A stretch of DNA of 54,798 nt from Candidatus Dojkabacteria bacterium (lineage in GTDB: Bacteria > Patescibacteriota > Dojkabacteria > JAFGLO01), in contig DAOOWV010000002.1 in NCBI GenBank assembly GCA_035371485.1, positions 1 through 54,798 of the forward strand, read 5' to 3'. Every line of letters begins with the position of its first letter. The first letter of the stretch is position 1. The translations under genes were made by a program, and so were the position numbers. Shown piece after piece: positions 8,927 through 18,229 of the stretch. The notes under the pieces were generated by a model, which saw nothing but the letters and a program-made list of their open reading frames with translations, had not been told where the DNA came from and made no database searches.

Positions 8927-9971
8927 CTTGATAAACATCACTATTTGAATATTCATCAAGATAGATAACACATCTTATTCCTGCTTCCTTTATAATCCTT
9001 GCACACACAGAGCATGGGCATTTTGTAACCCAAAGAATGGCCTTACTTAAGTCATAACCTAATTTTAAAGCATTAATAATTGCATGCACTTCAGCATGAA
9101 CCGACTCCATAAGCTCAGCATTCTTTCCTAGTTCTGAAAATTCTTTTTCCCTGCGTGCGCCATGATACAAAGTATAACCCTCCCAAGGAGAAATCTTATT
9201 CTGACCAAAAGCAATAATCTTCAATTCACCTTCTTTTGAAAACTCATTTTTAACATAATTCAAATTCCATACTCCATCAATCTGCTTTTCATTTTTCACT
9301 TTTCGTTTTTCACTTTTATAAGTTAGACAAGCTCCCGTTTTCCCGGTCCAATCCCATGATAAATTTTTTACATCATTACAAAAATCTATTATTTGATCTA
9401 TAGAAAATAAATTATCACCTTCGATAGTCAAGTTGTCTGTATTTACAGATTTCCATTTGTTATTAAGCCTTTTATAGTTCTGAATATTAACAGCTTTTAC
9501 ATATTTCTTGACCTCATCTTCGACAATAAAAGGGGAGTGAGTGATAACCTCAATATCATTTTTAATACACTCCCAATATACTGAATTATAATGCAAAATC
9601 CCGGCCCATGAACCATAAAAACCTATCATTCTGGTTGGTTTAAATTCACGAAGAACAAATTTTACATCATTTTGAGAATATGTAAGATGAATCAATAAGT
9701 TCTGATATTTACTATTAATTGATTCCAATATATTATTAACTTGAGCAAAATCCATCTTCCTAAACTGTTCACCGTCCTCCAACCCACTTACATAATTCTC
9801 AACAAGATCACCAATAATTACCAAACGATTTTTCTTTACTTCCTTCAAAATAATTTCCTTAAGTTTTAACACATTTACATAAGCCATACCCAAGATAAAA
9901 CTCTTATCAGTAACACTTCGAATATATTGCTTTTGTTTTTCAGAAAGCTTATTCCAACTTAAATGGACCAT
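8910..9971 (-). CDS. CDA-fold (dCMP/cytidine deaminase-type) zinc deaminase with a long N-terminal extension
   Basis: C-terminal SVHAEVHAIINA...CPCSVCARIIKEAGIRCVIY carries the HAE and PCxxC zinc motifs. The preceding roughly 180-270 aa match nothing I recognise. Confidence 0.7.
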   Translation of the reverse strand: MVHLSWNKLSEKQKQYIRSVTDKSFILGMAYVNVLKLKEIILKEVKKNRLVIIGDLVENYVSGLEDGEQFRKMDFAQVNNILESINSKYQNLLIHLTYSQNDVKFVLREFKPTRMIGFYGSWAGILHYNSVYWECIKNDIEVITHSPFIVEDEVKKYVKAVNIQNYKRLNNKWKSVNTDNLTIEGDNLFSIDQIIDFCNDVKNLSWDWTGKTGACLTYKSEKRKVKNEKQIDGVWNLNYVKNEFSKEGELKIIAFGQNKISPWEGYTLYHGARREKEFSELGKNAELMESVHAEVHAIINALKLGYDLSKAILWVTKCPCSVCARIIKEAGIRCVIYLDEYSNSDVYQVLNDR

Positions 9972-10035
9972 AATTTAGAAATTTTAAATTTTAAATGTTG
10001 AAATTTAAATTGTTCACTCGTTAACTTTTAACCTG

Positions 10036-10572
10036 TTAGTTTATAGAATATTTCTTATTAAATCTTTTGATTAGGTCTTTGAAAAATTTCTTATTCTCTT
10101 TAAAATTTTTTGCCAATACACTTGGGGGATAAGTAATCTTTTGATAATTAATTTTTACAAGTCCATCAGTATAGGGAACTAAATGAATATGTAGATGTTC
10201 AATAGTCTTTTGGGACTCTTCACCTAAACTTCCACCTTCCCGATAAATCACCCATACACATTTATAACCAAAAACCAGTCTTATAAATTTTTTACCTATA
10301 TATTCCAAAAGCCTTACTGTTTCCCATTCCTTAGAAGTAAGATCCTTTAAATGAGTAACATGTCTTCGTGGAACAATCATCAGTGCACCATTAATATACG
10401 GATAAATATTGGTAGTCAATACAACTCCGTCAATCTCCATAAGCATATATTTTGCTTTCATATCACATAATACACACTTATTTACTGATTTCCATATATC
10501 TCCATAAGAAAAATCTGCATCACTTCGTGCATTCATATTTACATTTTCAAACAAAGACACTTGAATCTCCAC
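10036..10572 (-). CDS. HIT (histidine triad) family protein
   Basis: IEHLHIHLVPY histidine-triad motif. Confidence 0.8.
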   Translation of the reverse strand: MEIQVSLFENVNMNARSDADFSYGDIWKSVNKCVLCDMKAKYMLMEIDGVVLTTNIYPYINGALMIVPRRHVTHLKDLTSKEWETVRLLEYIGKKFIRLVFGYKCVWVIYREGGSLGEESQKTIEHLHIHLVPYTDGLVKINYQKITYPPSVLAKNFKENKKFFKDLIKRFNKKYSIN

Positions 10573-10610
10573 TCAAACTAATTAACAATTAATAGTTAAA
10601 TTTTTCTTAT

Positions 10611-10659
10611 CCGTTCACTCGTTCATTTGTTAGTTCGTTCATTCGTTCACTTTTTCATT
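10611..10659. repeat. Short-period (7-8 nt) CGTTCAYT array
   Basis: cgttca recurs at 10612, 10620, 10636 and 10644. Hairpins CAACC-GAA-GGTTG (10661-10673) and CCAGCC/GGCTGG (10675-10680 / 10703-10708) follow. Confidence 0.6.
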
Positions 10660-10715
10660 TCAACCGAAGGTTGACCAGCCTTACTTTTTAAAAATATAGG
10701 AGGGCTGGCATTTGT

Positions 10716-11303
10716 TCACTTTTCACTTTTAGCTTTTAGGTATCTTTCCTTAATTGGTGAATCACTTTCATTCATATAATCTTTAAGCATTTCAGCAAAC
10801 TGTCCACCAATAACTCTTTTTGCTATTTGAGTCGTAGATAAATATAACGATTGCCTTGGGATAATAATGAATTTACCACCATAACCGAGAACAGTTTTAT
10901 ATTCGATAGAGTTTTTATGATCTCCAGTATAATCCTCTTTTACTGATACAAATACATCAGGTTTTAATAGTTCTACCGTTGTTTTGCAGCTTGGAAGGGG
11001 AACAATAGTTACAAAATCAACACATTTTAAGAAACATAGGGTTTCAGCTCTTATCCATTCATCCATAATTGGTTTATTAGGGCCTTTTACTGTTCGAATA
11101 GATTGATTACTATTAACACCCACAACCAACACATCTCCTAACTTCTTAGCCTCTGTTAGATATCTCATTTGCCCCACATGAATCATATCCCAACTTCCAG
11201 CAGTAAAAACAATTTTCTTACCTAAACCTTTAACTTTGTCATGAAAAGTTGACAATTCCTCAGGAACAATCAATTTTCCTTTCAACATCTCTCGTGGCAT
11301 CAT
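10716..11303 (-). CDS. Cytidylyltransferase-like nucleotidyltransferase (RfaE domain II / TagD-like)
   Basis: IVFTAGSWDMIHVGQMRYLTEAKKLGDVLVVGVNSNQSIRTVKGPNKPI matches the family pattern, but HxGH reads HVGQ. Confidence 0.7.
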   Translation of the reverse strand: MMPREMLKGKLIVPEELSTFHDKVKGLGKKIVFTAGSWDMIHVGQMRYLTEAKKLGDVLVVGVNSNQSIRTVKGPNKPIMDEWIRAETLCFLKCVDFVTIVPLPSCKTTVELLKPDVFVSVKEDYTGDHKNSIEYKTVLGYGGKFIIIPRQSLYLSTTQIAKRVIGGQFAEMLKDYMNESDSPIKERYLKAKSEK

Positions 11304-11420
11304 AAAAGTAAGTTCTCAATTTAATTGTGGGGGTATTATATATGATTATCAAAAAAAATGCTCAATGCTAAGTAAGATAGAAGATGGTAGTGTATAGTTA
11401 TTAAATAGTAGGCGGTATGC

Positions 11421-11462
11421 AGTAATCAGTGATTGGTTATTAGTGATTAGTGATCAGTTATT
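11421..11462. repeat. Heptamer array AGTRATY x6
   Basis: agtaatc agtgatt ggttatt agtgatt agtgatc agttatt, preceded by the core GGTATGCAGTA (11414-11424). Confidence 0.8.
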
Positions 11463-11573
11463 AGATTTATTTTGGTTTTTCATTTCTGATAATAAGTCAC
11501 TACCCTCAAATCAATATTTTCACACTTCGCTACTTACCACTTACAGCATACTGCATACCAACCATTGTATCCC

Positions 11574-11594
11574 TTATCACATATCACCTATCAC
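11574..11594. repeat. Heptamer array NTATCAC x3
   Basis: ttatcac atatcac ctatcac, directly after the stop of the kinase gene. It is the reverse-complement type of the 11421 array. Confidence 0.7.
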
Positions 11595-11600
11595 TTAATT

Positions 11601-12659
11601 TCATTCGTTAGTTCGTAAGTTCGCAACAGTTCTCAAATAATGTTCATTATCCAATAAACTTTCATAAGGGTTACATGCTAATAACTTCCATAAATCTCTC
11701 CATAAAAAATATTTGATAAGTAATTCAAGATATACTTTATCAATCTTTTTAACATATCCTTGGCTAAAATAATTTTCAACCTCATCCTTTTTCTTATATT
11801 TACAATCAACATATAAAAAAGCTAAAGTTCTTGCGACATCAACTTCAACAGGCCCAAACAACATCTTTTCAAAATCAAGAATACCTGTTATCGGATAAAT
11901 GTCTTTTTCTTTCTCGGTAGAAAATAGGAGATTACCCCTTACAAAATCACAATGAATAAATTGCCAGCTCGAATTTAATAGCGAATTCTTGTTCATCAAC
12001 CTAATATTCTTTATTATTTGATTAATTTCTCTGACATCTATACAAATTGATAGTTTTTTTTGAATATAGCTAGAATTCCTTGTAAAATAAGCCAACATTC
12101 TTTGGCTATCAACCTCAAAATATGTACTCCAATCATATATTTTATTACATGCACGATATCTAGCCCAGATTTCATGCATACGCAGCATACTCATTCCTAA
12201 TGATTTAATGTGTCTTCTTGTATAAGCCTCCCAGGGAATAGTTACACCTCCACAATAATTATACAAAGTAACAAGTCTTATCTTTTCCTTTCCTTTCCAG
12301 TCATTTTTTATCTGAGAAAAATTATCACGCTCAAGCATAAGCACTGTATCCCCATTCGGCAAAAAACAAGCATCTCTAACAGGTAAACCATTATTCTTTA
12401 AAAAACCAATTGCACAATGTATTTCTTCCAACAAATCTTTTGAATATTTATTTGAATATCTATTAGGATTAAAGAATGACAATACATAAACCGAAGAATC
12501 AATTATAACTTTTACAACAGTATTCATATATCCCTGATTAAGAAGCTCAAACTTCATTGACTTTGAAAAATCAACAGGAATATCAAATGAAGATACAATA
12601 TTATAAATGTTCTTATAGTCAAGTGCTTTTTTATTATCCATGTTTTTACACAGTGCCAA
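11601..12659 (-). CDS. Aminoglycoside/choline-kinase-type (APH fold) phosphotransferase
   Basis: FIHCDFVRGNLLF (HxDxxxxN catalytic loop) and GILDFE (DFE/DFG equivalent). Confidence 0.75.
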   Translation of the reverse strand: MALCKNMDNKKALDYKNIYNIVSSFDIPVDFSKSMKFELLNQGYMNTVVKVIIDSSVYVLSFFNPNRYSNKYSKDLLEEIHCAIGFLKNNGLPVRDACFLPNGDTVLMLERDNFSQIKNDWKGKEKIRLVTLYNYCGGVTIPWEAYTRRHIKSLGMSMLRMHEIWARYRACNKIYDWSTYFEVDSQRMLAYFTRNSSYIQKKLSICIDVREINQIIKNIRLMNKNSLLNSSWQFIHCDFVRGNLLFSTEKEKDIYPITGILDFEKMLFGPVEVDVARTLAFLYVDCKYKKKDEVENYFSQGYVKKIDKVYLELLIKYFLWRDLWKLLACNPYESLLDNEHYLRTVANLRTNE

Positions 12660-13599
12660 TTATAGCTCTATCGTCAGACCCCCAACCAAAGTTTATACCT
12701 TTTTTACCAAAAACTTCAAGCACTTCACTAATAACAAATAACTTAAGAGCACCAGTAAACCAATTACTTTCCGGACATATCGTAAAAAATATTCCTCTTT
12801 CTTTAGCTATTTCAAGCAATTTTTCATCTTTATATATTTGAACTCCATGATTAAACTGTTTTATCTCGGGGAAACGATTAACCACAAACTCCAAATCTCT
12901 TGAAGTCGTTTCACCAATATGCAATGAGAGCTCCTGTTTACCTTTTTTAATTAAATAGTCTAACTGGTTCTCAAAAACAGAGTAGGGGAAAGCGTCTTCA
13001 TCACCAGATATGTCAAATCTCGCTATTCCTTTTTTAAATAGCCTATTGGATGTTGAAATCACCTCTTGAATACTATCCATTTCCATATCTTTTTGACCTT
13101 TTCTTAGAGATAGTACAAAAGTAAATACATCTTTCTTTGCGGGAACAAGATTGGACCAAGTATCCGAAAACATAGTACAAACATCTTGCCATGAATACCT
13201 AGCATTTTCATCTGCAAAAGGGCAAAAGAACAATTCAACCCTCTCAAATCCATTATAACTTTTAATAGTTTCATCCAATAGATATCTCAAATCAGAAATA
13301 TCTAAACAACTCCATCGAATAAAAGAAGTAGGTAATCCTTGTATAAAATCCCATAAATTCTTAGCAGGGGAACGTAAAACAAATTTTTCATACAAATAAT
13401 CTGTCACCGTTATTTCAGAGGCCCGTGAAAACAATAATTTCTTTATTTCATCCACAGCTTCAATATGAAATTCAAATTTAAAATGATCTACAGAAGTTGA
13501 GGAAAGAAGATAGTCTCGGTTCTTAATAAAAAGTTTTGCAAATACACGCCATGGTATCGATCCTTCAAAATGGCAGTGATAATCTGTTTTACGCATCAA
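12646..13599 (-). CDS. Adenosine/AMP-deaminase-like metal-dependent hydrolase
   Basis: DYHCHFEGSIP (HxH), SLHIGE and GWGSDD correspond to the A_deaminase metal and catalytic motifs. It overlaps the kinase gene by 14 nt. Confidence 0.65.
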   Translation of the reverse strand: MMRKTDYHCHFEGSIPWRVFAKLFIKNRDYLLSSTSVDHFKFEFHIEAVDEIKKLLFSRASEITVTDYLYEKFVLRSPAKNLWDFIQGLPTSFIRWSCLDISDLRYLLDETIKSYNGFERVELFFCPFADENARYSWQDVCTMFSDTWSNLVPAKKDVFTFVLSLRKGQKDMEMDSIQEVISTSNRLFKKGIARFDISGDEDAFPYSVFENQLDYLIKKGKQELSLHIGETTSRDLEFVVNRFPEIKQFNHGVQIYKDEKLLEIAKERGIFFTICPESNWFTGALKLFVISEVLEVFGKKGINFGWGSDDRAIIGTV

Positions 13600-13833
13600 C
13601 TAATAAACAAATTATTGATCGGTAACAAAACATATTAACAAGTATTTTTTCAAAAATGCAAGTACCTTAACAACTTATGTTAACAAAATTATTAATTATT
13701 CAATGTTGTTAAGTATGCGTAACATTTTTTGACAACAATCTGAAACAAAATTTATATACACAATAAAGAGATCCTGTTTTCACAGGCACAAATAAGTTTT
13801 CACCATGGGTTATTGTTCGAACATCACTCAAAA

Positions 13834-14343
13834 TTACTTAGTAATTAAGAAATTTTTTGTAAATTCATCCATATTTACAAAATCATCAACCTCTTCAGAT
13901 AATGCCTTGGAACAAGTTTTTCCAAAAGCATAAAGTTCAACCAAGCAACCCTCCGATTGCTGTAAATATTTAACCAAAGGAATGTAATCTCCATCACCGC
14001 TTATTAAAACAATAGAATCAACCTTCTTACCCATACGAATCGCATCCATTGTTATCCCAACATCCCAATCACCTTTTTTAGCACCACCTGGGAATATCTG
14101 TAAATCTTTTTCTTTAATCTCAAAACCAGATTTATTTAATGCTTCAAAAAAATCTTTTTCCTTCGTTACAACATCAGTTTTAATTACATAGGCTATCGCC
14201 CTTACTAAAATTCGATCAGCTACAGCATGATCTAAAACTCTTCTAAAGTTAACTTTTGCCTTATAGAGATGTTTAGCGCTGTAATAAAGATTTTGAACAT
14301 CTACAAGCACGGCGACACGTTGATCTTTGTGTTTGGCAATCAT
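13834..14343 (-). CDS. NYN/LabA-like (PIN-related) domain protein
   Basis: VAVLVDVQNLYYS and LISGDGDYIPLV are typical NYN/DUF88 motifs. Confidence 0.8.
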   Translation of the reverse strand: MIAKHKDQRVAVLVDVQNLYYSAKHLYKAKVNFRRVLDHAVADRILVRAIAYVIKTDVVTKEKDFFEALNKSGFEIKEKDLQIFPGGAKKGDWDVGITMDAIRMGKKVDSIVLISGDGDYIPLVKYLQQSEGCLVELYAFGKTCSKALSEEVDDFVNMDEFTKNFLITK

Positions 14344-14557
14344 TCTTTTGTTTTTTTCAATTTAATTTAATACATACTAACACAAAACATTATCTTTTAC
14401 AAAAAATGTAGCAAAAATAAATACGAGCTGATACAATTAATTGTTAATAGTTTAAGTAAAAGTTATACTCTACGATAAAGTAATAAACAATCTCAACAAA
14501 ATCCGAAATTATTTTCAAGTATCAATTGTTGGTAATACTAAAGAGGGATACCAACTT

Positions 14558-15134
14558 ATGAAGTTTTCACACATAAAAAATGACCATAACCCCTTATTAA
14601 CTATCCTGGCTGGGTGTCATGGTGAGGAGCCAGCCCCTGTTTTAACAATTTTTAATTATTATAGAGACATATCGTATACCCTTATTGAACATAATGTAAA
14701 TGCGGTTATCTACCCATTAATTAATCCATGGGGATTTGACAGAAACATTAGGTTTAATAAAGAAGGATTAAGTTGTAACAGTAATTGGACAGGACTTATT
14801 TCCGAACCAACTGTATATGAAATTGAAGTAGTTAAAAAAGATCTAATAAATTACAATCCAAACGTTTTCATATCTTTACATGAAGATGATGAATCTCCAA
14901 ATCAGTTTTACGTTTATACTCAGAGACAATCAAGGTTTGAAGCAATGTTGATTGCTACTGGAGCTCAATTTTTTTCCCATAAAACGTGATGGTAAATTTC
15001 ATGAAGATGAAGTAGTAAATGGGATAATAAAGGATTACGATGAAGGAACAGCAGAGGATATGATGTAAAAAAGAGGATGTAAATTTAGCTACGTTACCGA
15101 AACTCCTTCATCAGAACCAATAATTTGCGAATAA
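14558..15134 (+). pseudogene. M14-type zinc carboxypeptidase / succinylglutamate desuccinylase-like gene, disrupted
   Basis: ILAGCHGEEP and ISLHEDD are zinc-ligand contexts. The frame changes at the T7 run 14969-14975. Coding sense then continues (DGKFHEDEVVNGIIKDYDEGTAEDMM), hits an in-frame TAA at 15066-15068, and resumes as KRGCKFSYVTETPS with the catalytic-Glu context. Confidence 0.65.
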
Positions 15135-15189
15135 AATGTAATCTAGAACTAATAAAGTCAGCAATTAAAATAACTTCAAATACTTCTAA

Positions 15190-15858
15190 ATGAAATCAAA
15201 AATCAACTCAAAAATAGCCTACATCTTCGACATGGATGGTACCATTGTGGATCTTGAAGCACTAAATCACAATAGTATTAATGAAACAATAGATAAATTT
15301 TTTCAGTATAAATTATCCAATGATCAATATCAAAAGTACTTTTCTGGTTTAAAAGCCACAGAGTCTTTTGCAAATTTTATTAAATTTTATAATCCCCAAA
15401 CCAATATAACCAAACAAGAGTTAATCGATGAATTTAGAAGAATCAAAAGATACTGCCTATTAAATAGATTTAACGATTCAGTAACGCTAATAAAGGGTGC
15501 CAAAGAATATCTTATCAAATTGAAAAATGAAAACAAAAAAATAGTTTTAGCAACATCTGCAATCAAAGAATTTACGCTTACTATACTTAGAAATTATGAT
15601 ATTCTTGATATTTTCGATAAAATAATTACAGCAGAGGATGTAATAAAAGGTAAACCAGATCCTGAAATATATCTAAAAGCTCTAAATTTCACTGGTGTAA
15701 CTGCAAGTCAAGCGGTTGTGTTTGAGGATTCAAAAAGTGGAATAATGTCTGCAAAGAATGCTGGTATTACCTGTATTGGTATTCATACTAAAGGATTAAA
15801 CGACGATTATGTCCAAACTGCAGACTACGTAATTCAAAACTATTACGAATTACTATAG
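15190..15858 (+). CDS. HAD-superfamily hydrolase, beta-phosphoglucomutase-like subfamily
   Basis: FDMDGTIVDLE (motif I), ATSA (motif II), KGKPDPEIY and FEDSKSGIMSAKNAG (motifs III/IV). Confidence 0.85.
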   Translation: MKSKINSKIAYIFDMDGTIVDLEALNHNSINETIDKFFQYKLSNDQYQKYFSGLKATESFANFIKFYNPQTNITKQELIDEFRRIKRYCLLNRFNDSVTLIKGAKEYLIKLKNENKKIVLATSAIKEFTLTILRNYDILDIFDKIITAEDVIKGKPDPEIYLKALNFTGVTASQAVVFEDSKSGIMSAKNAGITCIGIHTKGLNDDYVQTADYVIQNYYELL

Positions 15859-15910
15859 TTGATTTATCACTTACACCGTAATACAATACTTTAAATTAAA
15901 TATTATCAAC

Positions 15911-16558
15911 ATGGCAGAAGAAATAAGATTTACATCAAACTATGAGGATCTATCGACAGATAATGGTTTTCAATTTGAATTCAAATGTGGAAAATGTGGT
16001 GCAGGATATAGATCTGCTTTTAAGAAATTTTTAGTTGGTGGAATTTCACAAGCCCTAGACACCGCGAGTAGTTTATTAGGAGGTATATTTTCTAGTGCTT
16101 CAACAGTTTCGGATAATGTAAAGTCAGCAACCTGGCAAAAAGCTCATGATGATGCATTTACTGAAGCAATCAAGGAATTGGAAGGTAAATTTATACAATG
16201 CCCTAAATGTAATAATTGGGTATGTCGTGAAAAATGCTGGAACGAAAAGAAGGGTTTGTGTAAAGAATGTAGCCCTGATTTTGGTGTTGAAATGGCAGCG
16301 GCACAATCATCACGTTCAATTGAGGAAATATGGGCACACTCAGCAATGGCAGAAGAAGACAAGAAACTTGGTAAAGAAAATCGGAGAGCAGGCATAGTAG
16401 GGAGTTGTCCCAAATGCGAAAAACCACTAACTACAAATGCAAAATTTTGCCCAGAATGTGGTGCAAATCTCCACGATGAAGGTAAATGTAAAAAATGCGG
16501 AGCAAAATTACAACCTAACGCAAAATTCTGTGCAGAATGTGGAACGAGTACTTCTTAA
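15911..16558 (+). CDS. Zinc-ribbon domain protein
   Basis: Several CxxC pairs: CGKCG, CPKCNNWVC, CPKCEKPLTTNAKFCPECG and CKKCGAKLQPNAKFCAECG (double zinc ribbon). Confidence 0.7.
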   Translation: MAEEIRFTSNYEDLSTDNGFQFEFKCGKCGAGYRSAFKKFLVGGISQALDTASSLLGGIFSSASTVSDNVKSATWQKAHDDAFTEAIKELEGKFIQCPKCNNWVCREKCWNEKKGLCKECSPDFGVEMAAAQSSRSIEEIWAHSAMAEEDKKLGKENRRAGIVGSCPKCEKPLTTNAKFCPECGANLHDEGKCKKCGAKLQPNAKFCAECGTSTS

Positions 16559-16560
16559 GT

Positions 16561-17295
16561 CTAAACTATAAAGGAATTTTCAATAGGTAACTCCCAAAGG
16601 GTATCAAATAGAATTTTAAATGATGAATAAATCTCTTTTTGATGGATAATCAAAGAAATTATTTCATTCTTGTAATTTGAATCACCACTTTTTTGTCATA
16701 CAGCATAATTTGAGAAGGAATATTCAACATATACTGTGGAATCAGGCGAATTTTTCTACCTTCAATTTCCCTATAACTTTCTAACGTATACCTCACTGTG
16801 CCAAGTTGAGGAGAAATTATTCTGGGAGGTATTCCCAATTTTGATCTTTGTACAACATGTCTATTAATTCTCTTATTAAATCACCTGCATCTCTATCAAA
16901 AGCAGATCTTATCAAGTCAACAGGATGTTTGTTTTCCTCAATGTCTAAATGTATTTTTTTCAAACCCTCAAGTCCTAACATAGTATCAACAACTGGTAAT
17001 GAATGATTTTGAGAATACAGATTGATAATTTCCGGATATGACTTATAAAAGTTGTCTTTTACTTTCTCAACTTTTTCAAAATGCTTTTTTATTCTAAAAT
17101 CCAAATATTTAGGGCTATTAACTTCAAATTCAATTAAATCTGCAGAACCCGAAACTCTACTGATTAATTTTTATCCTCCAGTGAATATAATGCTTTATAA
17201 ACAGTCGGCCTTTTAATTCCCAACATTTTTGACACATTCGATGGCTTACGTTTACCGTTAACTAACAAGTAAATAATTGCTTTGTGTCACACCAT
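16561..17295 (-). pseudogene. Degraded TrmB-like HTH regulator (paralog of 35067-35816)
   Basis: ATG at 17295, then an in-frame TGA at codon 3. The HTH AIIYLLVNGKRKPSNVSKMLGIKRPTVYKALYSLEDKN follows. After that come a frameshift near 17165, the track ORF 17104-16817, and further coding-like pieces in two other frames down to 16561. Confidence 0.6.
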
Positions 17296-17446
17296 GGTGA
17301 CAATGTTTTTTATGGGGTTACTAAAAACATTTGTAATAAATTTAGATATTTATGCAAAAAATATTTAATTAATATATCATACTAATTAAACTGCCTTTTC
17401 AATTCAGATATACAGACTTCTACAGAATTATAACTAAAATAATTTT

Positions 17447-18229
17447 ATGATAAAAAAAATGAATGAAGAAACAGTTTTAGATCAAGACCCAAGAACCGCA
17501 TTGATAGAAGAGCTATTGCAAAATATTGTTCCTTACAGAGAAATAACTTTGATAAGAGCAGATGAAATGGTAACTGATATTTACTTAAGAGACCTTACTC
17601 CAGGATCGGAATTTACTCTCTATGGAAGTATACATATCCCTCCAAGATATCAATTTCCTGTCAATTATGTTTTACCAAGAATAAAAGAAATCGGAGAAAC
17701 GTTAAATTTACCCCTCCTAGAAATAGAATATATTGACCCACATGATATTGATGCAGACTTTGGAAGATACCCAAGAATTAGGGCAACGGGTTTTTCTGAG
17801 CCCCAGTTAATCATAAGTCGCACATACTCACAACAACCTAAAAGAACAAGAGAGCTTTTGGCAAAAAACGCTCGCAATGCAGGTATTAACATTTATACAT
17901 TTAGTACTAACGAGATAGATATTAAACCGTTCAAAGATTATTTTTTTAAATCTACAAATATATTTGACCCCGAAGCAGTTATTGAAATGGTTAAAGCAGT
18001 ACAAAGAAGACCTCAGGGATTAAAAGAGCCACTTTATTTTTATGCCCTATCTAAAATACCAACTATTCCTGAAATGCTAACTGCATTGAAAGGTAAATCG
18101 GCAATGGCAAATTTTCTCATTAAATTATATACCTCTTCATGTGCCACAAATTCAGAAAGAGAAAACCAAATATTATCCCATGAAATCATGAGAATTTGGT
18201 TTAGATTTTTTTACCCTTATGGCATATAA
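17447..18229 (+). CDS. Hypothetical protein (260 aa)
   Basis: Long ORF with no recognisable motif. It overlaps the next ORF by 11 nt. Confidence 0.6.
   Translation: MIKKMNEETVLDQDPRTALIEELLQNIVPYREITLIRADEMVTDIYLRDLTPGSEFTLYGSIHIPPRYQFPVNYVLPRIKEIGETLNLPLLEIEYIDPHDIDADFGRYPRIRATGFSEPQLIISRTYSQQPKRTRELLAKNARNAGINIYTFSTNEIDIKPFKDYFFKSTNIFDPEAVIEMVKAVQRRPQGLKEPLYFYALSKIPTIPEMLTALKGKSAMANFLIKLYTSSCATNSERENQILSHEIMRIWFRFFYPYGI

Noticed and set aside
10661-10708. Hairpins CAACC-GAA-GGTTG and CCAGCC/GGCTGG between the nucleotidyltransferase and HIT genes, considered as an intrinsic terminator.
   Set aside because: On the transcribed (minus) strand they are not followed by a U tract. They are kept only as a note within the repeat feature.
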